Origin: Azolla caroliniana
Taxonomy: Eukaryota; Plantae; Polypodiophyta
DNA: 64,000 nucleotides
Direction of reading: 5' to 3'
NCBI GenBank assembly: GCA_043228905.1
Contig: JBHGNT010000003.1
Coordinates: 8,246,001-8,310,000 of the forward strand
Positions within the stretch are counted from its first letter, which is position 1. Each line of letters opens with the position of its first letter. The notes beneath the pieces were generated by a model that did not search any database, had not been told where the DNA came from, and saw only the letters and a program-made list of their open reading frames with translations. A program made the position numbers and the translations under genes. Positions 48,655 through 58,513 of this stretch are shown in pieces.

Positions 48655-51600
48655 AAGATGTCGCGTTGTTACGCGCGTGCGTGGAGAAGGGCGGAACCAC
48701 GGGGGTCTTGGACTAAGGAGAAGGGGAGAAGGAATAGGACTTCGGAATGGAGCTTAGCACAAGAAGAGAAAGAATGAACAAGAGGAAGATGGAGGCCAAA
48801 TGCTCAACAAGATATATTAGAACCGAAAACCGATTACAAAATGGCGGCCGCGAAGGCCGCACCAAACGACTATGATAAACCCGAAACCCTAATCCGACGA
48901 AGAAGAAAAGAAACCCTAAACCTAACACGAAATGGTATACCTCACTCACACTCAAAATAAGGCAACCCCCACAATGGTGCTCTTCCTCTCCTTTTATAGC
49001 ACAAGGAGAGAAGACCGTTTTCAAAAAGGGTGCTACAAAATATCCCCTTTCAATCAATGGGGATATTTCCCTTGATTTTAGGGGAGGTGGGAAGGATGGG
49101 TCTTAACTCCCACCTCTACACGAACTACTATGTACCTATCTCTCTCTCTCACGTGGATGTGCGCGCAAAAGCACATCACCTTTACACTTTACAAATCCTA
49201 AGGTGCATTTCTAGCACCATACTTATCACTATCGATAAATAGAAATACAACATGTTGATGTGCAACGTTGCACATCGCGGGTTTGCTTGCTTCGCTCGGG
49301 TTTCCGCCTACGGACGAAAATCTTCACGACAACGCGACGGCACTCCTCCGGGAGTTCGAAAAACGCTTTGCGCGCCTTTCGGCGCTTGACCGAACCGTTC
49401 TGGATACGAGCCGGGTCCTACTGTTCGTCAAGTCGGTGGACGAGCGGGACCGGGACCAAGTCGGCTCCTTGCTGGAAACCGAGGATGGGCTGACAACCGA
49501 CTGGGCTGCGGTTAAGAGAGTCTGTGGCCGTTTCGATAAACGGTGAGAATGGGCTGACAACGGCGCGGCCGGTGCGGGCTCTGTCACAGCAAGGAGGCTT
49601 GAACCGGCACCGCAAGTGCGAAGGGAAGAGACCCGGGAATGGCTCGAAGCCGGTCCGGCTTCGACCGGCATGGTCAATGGCTCGTCCGGAGGAGTAGCGC
49701 TGGAGGAGTTGACGCGGGCGATAAAGGATCTCCAGATCGCCCAGACTCGAAGGGAAGGCGGCGAACCGGCTCGTGACCGACGGCCGGCAGTAGGGAACAG
49801 GTGCATGTGGTGCGACGAGGTCGGCCACATCCGGAAGGACTGCGGCGATTTCGCAGAAGCGTTGAGGAACCGGGTGGTGTACCTGTGGGAAGGCCGGGTG
49901 CACGCCGGCGACACCAGGAGGGCCCTAAACCGAAACGACGGACGAGGAGGTATGAAGAGATTGATGGAAGAGGCAACGGCCCGACACGTGGAGGCCATCC
50001 ACTACTCGGCGTCGGCCGGCATTCGGGTCGGGGGCAGCGAGGCCCGAAAGGAGGGCAAAGACGGATTCTGGTCGGCAATGCTGGAAGGTCTTGCCGGCGC
50101 ACGGTTGAAGAAGGATCAAATGGACCGCGCTGAGAGACGGGTTCGGGAAATAACTGGGTGGAGCGATCCGGTCGAGGAGAAGATGGGCTTCGTAGAAGCC
50201 GCCTGCCAGAACTACGAGGCTCTGGTAGAAGACAAACGAGTGGGGAAAGTTGGAGCGGCCGGGCCTTCACAACGGTACGAGACCCGATTCGGGCAGAAAG
50301 TAGATATGGGCATTCTCGAACCGTCGAGTGCCCCATACTCGAACCGATGGTTTACCGTACCAAAGAAAAACGGAACGATGTGCTTCATTCAAGACCTGCA
50401 GCCGGTCAACAGAGTGACTGTTCGGAACGCAGGAATCGGACCGACCATAGACGAGTTCGCGGAGGCCTTTGCCGGAAGGTCGATTTACTGGGTCGGTGAT
50501 CTGTACTCGGGGTACGACCAGTTCCAGCTAGCCGTGGAGAGCAGAGACATTACGACGATGCGAACTCCCCTCGGCCTAGTGCGAATGTGTACCCTACCAC
50601 AAGGAGGGACCAACTCGGTGGCCCACATGGTGAATGCAATGAACAAGGTACTGAGGGATTGCATCCCGGACATCACCATGCCGTTTCTAGACGACATCCC
50701 TATCAAAGGGTGCCCGGTGGAAGAGAAGGACGAGACAGTCGGGCCGGACGGATGCCGGCGATTCGTGGCGACACACATCGACGACTGCGAGAAGGTGCTA
50801 CAAAGGCTAGAGGATGCGAGGCTCACCTTCTCCGGGGAGAAATCGGCCTTCGGGCAATCGGAAATCCTGGTGGTTGGACACCTATGTGGACCCTATGGCC
50901 GGAAGCCGTCTTCGGCAAAGGTAGAAGCCATCTCCGCGATGAAGACCGATTGTAGCTCGGTGACGGAAGTTCGGAGGTTCCTGGGGGCATGCGCGTTCTA
51001 CCACATATGGATCCCGCATTACGCCCACGTGGCGGAGCCGCTATACGGGTTGCTGAAGAAAGGGCGAAAATTCGAGTGGCGAGACGAGCACACGGAGTCG
51101 GTCCGAAAGCTGAAGGAAACTCTTGCGGCAGCACCGGCGCTCCGGAAGGCTGTCTACAAGAAAGGTACCCCAGTATACATAACAGTGAATACGAGTCCGA
51201 CCGGGATCGGGTGGGTCGTCAACCAAGAAGACGAGGACGACATTCGGTTCCCGATCCGATTTGGCGCGAAGGTTCTCAGTGAACGACAGCGAGGGTACGC
51301 CCAGGTTAAACGCAAACTCTGGGGTATCGTTTCGGCAGTAAAGGCCGACAAAGACTACTTGATCGGGACAGAAGTGGTTATCGAGACGGATTGCTTGCCG
51401 ATTCTCGGCATGGTTTCCGGATGCGCGACACCGGACCTGGCGATGCTCAGGTGGATAGCGTACATCAAGTCCCTGGACCCGGAAATACGGCACATTTCCG
51501 GAAAGGACAACGCCATGGCCGACATGCTTTCGAGGGCAAGGTTTGATGACGAGGGCGGCATGGTTTCGGAGGACGAAGAAGTCGGCGTGGACTTCTTCGA

Positions 51601-53314
51601 GGCAGCATACGTAACGGCCGATGGGACGAGCACTCCAGCACTTAACGACTTCGACGAGAGCAAGTACGACGTCGAGTGGCTCCAGATCGGTGGATTTTTG
51701 AGGACAATGACGCCGAATGCGTCATGGACGAAGGACGAGGCCAACCGGATCCGGAAGAAAGCATATCGATTCTTTCTCCAGGATGAATACTTATGGAAGC
51801 ACCCGAAGAAGAGGAACGGCGTCCCGCTCCGGGTGGTGGCGATGAAGGAAGAACAGGAAGAGCTGCTGACGGCCTACCACGAGCGCCCTTGGGCTGGACA
51901 CCGCGGAACGTGGGCCACGTTCGAGAAGATAAAGTGGAAGTACTGGTGGCCGGGACTGTACCGGGACGTGCATCGGTTCGTGACAACTTGCGAGAGCTGT
52001 CAGATGCACTCCATAGTCCGACATCGGGACGAGCTTCACCCTACGTACCCTCCGACCATCCACTTCAAATGGATGATAGATCTGGTGACGATGCCGATGG
52101 GAGTAGGACAGATGCGGTATCTGGCCCTGGCTCGGGAAGATCTGACGAACCAGGTAGAAGGCTGAGCCCTTCAGAACAAATCGACCGCGGCCGTGTGTCG
52201 GTTCCTGATAGAGGACGTGATATGCCGGTACAGGTGCGTCGGGAAGATCGTGGCTGATCGCGGGGAGTTGGACGCCGAAGAGGCCGAGGAGCTGTTCGAC
52301 CGGCTAGGAGTCAAGCTCTCGCTTACCACTGCATACAATCCGGAGGCGAATGGGAAGGTGGAGCATGGACACGGACTGATCGTCAAGGCGTTGGTTAGGG
52401 CATGCGGAGGTCAAGTCGGGAACTGGCCGCGACTGTTGCCTTACGCGTTGTGGGCGGACCGAACTACGCACAGTTCGGTAACCGGATTCATGCCGGCAGA
52501 GCTGATGTTTGGGCAGAAGCCGATCATGCCGATGGAATGTACGATCTCCTCATGGGCAAGCGTGGACTGGAGAGACGAGATGAGCTGGGAGGAACTGTTG
52601 GCGGCGCGCATACGACTGCTCGAGCGAAGACCGGAGGACGTGGAGCAGGCCGCGGGAAAGCTTCGAGTGGCAAGGACGAGGAACAAAGCCCGGTTCGATC
52701 GAACGCACCGGCTCCGACCGAAGAGGATCGAGGAAGGCGATTGGGTGCTAGTCTACGACAGCAGCCTCGACAACCAGCACCGAGTGACACGGAAGTTCGC
52801 AAGAAGGTGGTTCGGGCCTTACGTGGTACAAAGCGCCAACGACAACGGGACGTACCATCTGGCGGAACTCGACGACACAAGAATAGCGATACCGGTAGCT
52901 GGGAAGCGGATCAAAGCGTTCAAGAAGCGTCACAACAACGAGCCGGATCCGGTTAACCTGGATCGGGACGACGAACGATCCGAACCCGAGGAAGAACCGA
53001 CGGGCGGGGAATGAAGGCTGGATCGGTTTTCTCCGTCCCAAAACAATTTGGCGCATGCCGGTGGATGCGCGGTTAGGTGGGGGCAGATGTCGTGAAGAAA
53101 ACCGTCCACGAGCGGAATCCGTGCACCGGAGCATAGAAGCCGACTCTTCATGCACGTGCGCCTTAAGTTGTACATAGGAGATCCTAGGTGGATTCGGTAG
53201 GTAGGGAGTAAAGGGAAAACGGCTCCTTCCTTGCCTATAAAAAGGAGGGAGACGAGGAGGGTAGGGGGATTGCGGAGAGTCGAGGACGAAGTGCTGTCGG
53301 TTTGCATGCGAAGG

Positions 53315-53354
<40 letters not shown>

Positions 53355-56300
53355 TTGCAAACGCCATAGCTTCCTGCTGTGCAGGTTTCGGGAGGCTCAC
53401 GCTGCTCTGAGGAATGCCCGAGTGCTTCCGGCAGCACCTCCAACCTACTCCACCGATGCACGCCCCGGTATAGTCTCGGCCACCAGTACTTCTCCTTCAG
53501 CTTCTCGAACGTGGCCCATGTCCCTCAGTGCCCGGCCCAAGGACTCTCGTGGTACGCCATTAGCAATGCTTCCTGCTCCTCCTTCCTTGCCACCACCCGG
53601 AGTGGGACTCCGTTTCGCTACTTCGGGTGCTTCCATATGCTTCCGTCTCGCAGGAAGAATCGGTACGCTTTCTTCCTGATTCGGTTAGCCTCTTCCCTTG
53701 TCCACGCCGCTCCTGTCATCATCGTCTTTAGGAACCCACTGATCTGGAGCCACTCCCCTTCGTACTTGCTCTTGTCGAACTCGTTAAGCACCGGAGTGCT
53801 CCCAGCCCTCGCCGCTATGCGAGCCGACTCGAAGAAGTCCTTGCCAATCTCTTCATTCTCTGAAACCATGTTGTCTTCGTCGTCGAACCGTGCTCTTGAA
53901 AGCATATCGGCCATGGTGTTGTCTTTACAGGAGATGTGTCGTATCTCCGGATTTAGAGACTTGATGTACGAAATCCACTTGAGCATTGCCAGGTCCGGAG
54001 TCACGCATCCGGAAACCTTACCGAGAATTGGTTGGCAGTCTGTCTCGATTATTACTTCCGTCCCGATTAGATAGTCCTTGTCGGCCTTGACTGCCGAAAC
54101 GATACCCCACAGTTCGCGCTTAACTTGGGCGTATCCTCGTTGTCGCTCACTGAGATCCTTCGCCCCAACCGGATCGGGAATCGTGTGCCACTCGCGTCCT
54201 CCTGATTGACTACCTATCCTATCCTAGTCGGGCTCATATCTACGGTTACGTAGATTGGGACCTCCTTGCCGTAAACCGCTTTCCGGAGAGCCGATGCCAC
54301 AATAAGCGCCTCCTTCAGTCTCCGGATCGACTCAGTATGCTCCTCGCCCCATTCGAAGTTACGCCCCTTTTTTAGCAGCCCGTAGAGTGGTTCTACGAAG
54401 TGTGCATAGTGCGGAACCCAGATGTGATAGAACGCGCTCGCCCCCAAGAACCTTCAGACCTTCGTCGGAGACGGTTTCCGGCCGTAAGGCCCGCACAAGT
54501 GCCCGACTACCAGGATCTCCGACTGCCCAAAAGTTGACTTTTCTCCGGAGAAGGTGAGCCTCGTGTTCTCAAGCCTTTGTAGCAGCTTCTCGCAGTCTTT
54601 GATGTGGTTCGCAACAAACCTCCAGCAACCGTCTGGTGCAACCAACTCATCCTTCTCTTCCACCGGACATCCCTTTATCGGTATGTTGTCCAAAAACGGC
54701 ATGGTGATGTATAGGATGCAGTCCCTTTCCACTTTGTTCATAATGCTCACCATGTGCGCCACCGAGTTGGTCCCTCCTTGCGGCAAGGTACACATCCGCA
54801 CTAGGCCGAGAGGAGTCCGCATCGTCGTAATATCCCTGCTCTCCACGGCTAGTTGGAACTAGTTGTACCCCGAGTATAGATCCCTGATCGAGGATGCCCA
54901 TTTCCACCTTCTGTTTCAGCAGCTTCACCAACTCCGGGATGTGAGCTCTAGGTACCGGAATTGGCTTGAGATTCCACGGCACATGCGGTACCGTGAAGAT
55001 CACCATTGGTTCCACGATTGTCGGGTCCACGCACCCAATCTCCCCCTTCGCGAACGCGAAGGCCTTCCCGTGCCTTCCGAACATTCCCTGAAACCTCTCC
55101 TCCTCCGTTGGTAGTAGGAAGCCACCCCCACCGACCTTGAGCTCTCGTAGCGTTATGTTGGTGAACCGGTGTCCTATGCCGGCCGGATTCCGGAAACTTG
55201 GGTCCCACGCGACCCCCTTTATTTGTTCCTCGCTGACCTCCGGCAAGGGTGTCGCGACTGGCCTCACCTTCCGGTCCACAGCCTTGTACCTTGTATCCAT
55301 GCAGGCCGTTCGATCCGACCTGACCTTTTCCCCGAAGTTGGCAATGACTTAGTACATTCCCACCGAGTTAACCGGAATCATCCGCTCTTCACTGAGGCCT
55401 TCCTCGATCACCTTCCCGATTTCCCCGAGGGTGTCGTCGAAAGAGACCACCTCCACAGCGCCACTAATTTCCTCATTGGGGTCGAGGACTCCGCATGTCC
55501 TGAGTCGTTCCTCTACCCGCTTCTTCTCCCGGCCGTTGATGCCGGCTATAATACAACCTCCGTTATCGGAGAACCAAAATTTCCTACCTATGGTATAGGT
55601 GTGGGGATCCTCTGGGGTGTCCGGATTATCGTAGCCCCATGCCTTGATAGTCCTCTCTAAAAATCCCCTTGTTCGCCGCTGTCGAGGGTTTCGCGGTTCC
55701 TCTCATGGTTCGGTCGTACGATCAGGAATTGGACGGAGTGTCATCCATCTTGGCTCTTTACGCGCGCGTATGCTGAACCGTTATCCAGCACCCTTCTCTT
55801 CATACACACTGTCGTAATGTATGGATCGTCAAGTATCACTGGGTGCGAGGACGTCTCCTGCACGAAAAAGTGTTGATTGATCTCGACGTCGCCGATCTTG
55901 ATGCGTACATTCGGGCATGCCCCGTGCAGCTCCTCCGTAGCGCGGGTCGCTGTGCGTATTTTCCAGCCGTGCTTGGTGTTGATCGGCCACTTCCCCTTTC
56001 TATAGAAGTACATGGACATCAGGTTGATCTCCGAGCCATGGTCTATCAATGCCACCACAGGCTCTTGGACGTCCCTGATACGAACAGGGTTCTCCGTAAT
56101 CGCCCTAGCCTAGTGCGACCTTGAATAGTGGCTTTCGGCCAACTCGTCTTCTAGGGCAATGTCCTCCAGGTGCGTGGTTCGCACCTCCACCAGCTTCTCT
56201 GGTTCCGGCTCCGTCGAGAGCCGTTTCTACTTCACCAAGTCCACGATGGAATCGTGGAACTCCTTCTTGGCGATCCCAAGAACCTCCCTCAGCAACAACT

Positions 56301-57426
56301 CCACCTTGCTGTCGAGGATCTGTTCTTCGAGGACCTTCCACAGGTTCGTTGACCTCTCGATCTCCGTGCTCAGCCAGTAACTGGAACGCTTCGTTTGTCC
56401 GGTGTGCCGAGGTTACCGGCATCGTTTTGCTTCTGCCCGAACCAGGTCTCATACCATTGTGAGGGCCCGGCACCTCCGGCCTTTCCCGCACGCTTGTCTT
56501 CTACTAGAACCTCGTACTTCTGGCACGTGGCTTCCACGAGACCGGTCTTCTCCTCAACCGGATCATTCCATCTAGTGACCTCCCGGACCCGCTACTCTGC
56601 GCGACTCGCTTCCTCCTTCAGTCGTGCGCCGGAGAGGCCTTCTAGCACTGAGGGCCAGAAGCCAGAGTCCTTCGTTTTCCGGTCTTCGTCACCCCCCACC
56701 CGGATTCCGGCCGATGCCGAATAATGGACCGCCTCTGCATGGCGCGCCTCCGCTTCTTCCATTAGCCGCTTCATCCCGCCACGCCCCAAATTTGTCTCCA
56801 CGGCTCTTCGAGTATCACCAATGTGCACCCGTCTGTTCCATAGGTACACCAAATTACCCTTGAGGGTCTCGCCGCCTGTGCCCGACCACATACACCGTTG
56901 TCCAGCCGGTAGCCTTCGGTCGCGTGGTTGCCCTCCACTGTCTCTCCAGGCCTGCACGATCTACAGGTCACGCACCATTTGTGTTAGCTCCTCAAGAGCC
57001 GCTCCCCGAATGGGCCCTTGACCGTTCTGGTCGACGCTGGATCAGTTTCAATCCAATCCCGGGTTTCCTCCCTTCGTGCCGGCGAAGGCCCGTCGAACTT
57101 CCTTGCTAGCATGGGTCCGGTTGCCGATGACTTCTCGTCGCCCCACTCTCCCCGTTTATCGAAGCGGATACAAACCCCTTTGACCACGGCCCAGTCAGTC
57201 GTCAGCCCATCATCTGCCTCCAGCAAGAGACCCACCTAGCCCCTATCCCGCACGTCCACCGATTTGACAAACAACAGGACATGACTCGTGTCTAGCACGA
57301 TCCTGTCCAACGTTGAGAGCCATGCAAAGCGTTCTTCGAACTCCCAGAGGAGCGCCGACGCATTCCTCCCCTTCCCGGGGGTTCCACCCACTCCATGAAG
57401 TCTGGCTTCGATAACCGAAGCGCGGA

Positions 57427-58001
57427 TGTCGTGAAGAATTTGGGCCAGAGGCGGAAACCGGGAAACATTGGCTACATCGGCGGGGTGTAGCCTGTGTGCT
57501 CACCCTTGTACATTCAGTATGAATAACAAGGGCGCCTTTATGGCGTCAAAGAGTAGTCAAGTCGGGACAGACGATCGCATGTAAGTCGGGATTTATCCCA
57601 CATTGTAACACATCCCTCTCCTTGTTCTATAAAAGGGAGGGAGCGGCCTTTGTGAAAGGGGTTGCCCATTTTTGCATTAGAGGGTATACCGTTAGATTTA
57701 GGGTTAGTTACATTTCTTCTTCTTCTTCTCCCCCTTCGTGTTCGCTTAGGGTTTGCTTCAGCTCGTCTCCTGCGTAAGACCCCGCTCGGCGCGACAAGCC
57801 CGTGAGCTCCCCGACCGGCGGCTTGACAGCTGACGACTACTGTAACCTACCTTGGAACGGCTCGAAGCCGGGAATGTATTCTTCTTTATATATATATATA
57901 TATACAGTTGCGTCGGTCTGTGTATATTCGCATCTCTGTTGGCGTCGGGTGCTTCCCCTTTCCTGCGTTTCCTGTACATAAGGGCGTGAGTCGGGTCGGC
58001 C

Positions 58002-58033
<32 letters not shown>

Positions 58034-58513
58034 TGCGTGTGCATGAGTCGGTGTCAAGCGCACACTCCCTCTCTTTCTCTCTCTCCCTTTGGTTGCTTCC
58101 GGTGTGCTTTTTGGGTGCCCCGAAAATGGTGAAGTACGACTTCTTACGCTCCGTCACTCCCTAGTCCAAGACCCCCGTGGTCCCGCCTTTCTCCATGCAC
58201 GCACGTAACAACGCGACATATTTGGCGAACCCGATGTGAAAGGCGGCAAGGGAGGATGGAGTCGGAAGACGAAGACCTCGCGGTGATGGTGGCCGAAGTG
58301 GTGTTGGAGTCGGCACGAGTGGTGATGAGGCGAGAAGCGGCGCAACAAGCGGTTGAGCGAGTGGTCGAAAGAGTCGGTCGTTTCAACAGGGACAAAGTCC
58401 CATCTTACTTGGAAGCCTACAATGCGGAAATGGAGGAGCGTGGCGTAGACGAGTCGTTGAGGCTGGAGTTCTTCTGTCGGGTCGTAGCTGTCCGGATGCA
58501 TGCGGAAGTAAAG
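57427..58513 (+). mobile_element. Element 'N2', relative of N1: 5' LTR 57427-58218, decayed Trp PBS, Gag start at 58256; interrupted by Copia-6
   Basis: TGTCGTGAAG...ACGCGACA, then TGGCGAACCCGATGTGAA. RREAAQQAVERVV..VGRF is shared with N1 Gag. The rest lies outside the window, so autonomy is unknown. Confidence 0.88.

Larger units (their letters stand above)
43681..49331 (-). mobile_element. Young non-autonomous Gag-only LTR element 'N1' (TR-GAG-like)
   Basis: 673-bp LTRs (43681-44353, 48659-49331) with 1 difference seen. 4-bp TSD ACGC (43677-43680, 49332-49335). 18-nt tRNA-Trp PBS at 48637-48654; PPT at 44354-44370. No PR/RT/RH/INT motifs. Confidence 0.96.
43292..53014 (+). pseudogene. Gypsy-B gag-pol single frame (43292-43680 joined to 49336-53014) with stops at 49544 and 52163
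   Basis: PGKGRNA|TALLREF is restored by removing N1. CMWCDEVGHIRKDC knuckle, RT FLDDI, RNase H ETDC, integrase HHCC and GPY motif; no protease. Confidence 0.92.
42597..53451 (+). mobile_element. tRNA-Trp-primed Ty3/Gypsy 'Gypsy-B', protease-deleted, 3' LTR truncated
   Basis: 5' LTR 42597-43248; PBS TGGTGAACCCGACGTGAA at 43252-43269; PPT GGTTAGGTGGGGG at 53071-53083; partial 3' LTR 53088-53451. Confidence 0.93.
41226..57426 (-). mobile_element. Degenerate Ty3/Gypsy 'Gypsy-A': 3' LTR 41226-41859, integrase end 41934-42596, gag-PR-RT-RH-INT 53452-57426; 5' end beyond nested insertions
   Basis: LTR on minus TGTCGTGAAG...CGCGACA with PPT at 41860-41872. Protease ALIDHGSEINLM, RT TLPQGGTNS and FLDNI. 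Pol is colinear on both sides of Gypsy-B except for ~370 bp of missing integrase. Confidence 0.88.

Noticed and set aside
44387-48777. Many overlapping plus-strand ORFs in N1 as antisense genes
   Set aside because: Expected in GC-rich repetitive DNA opposite a long ORF; no recognisable domains.
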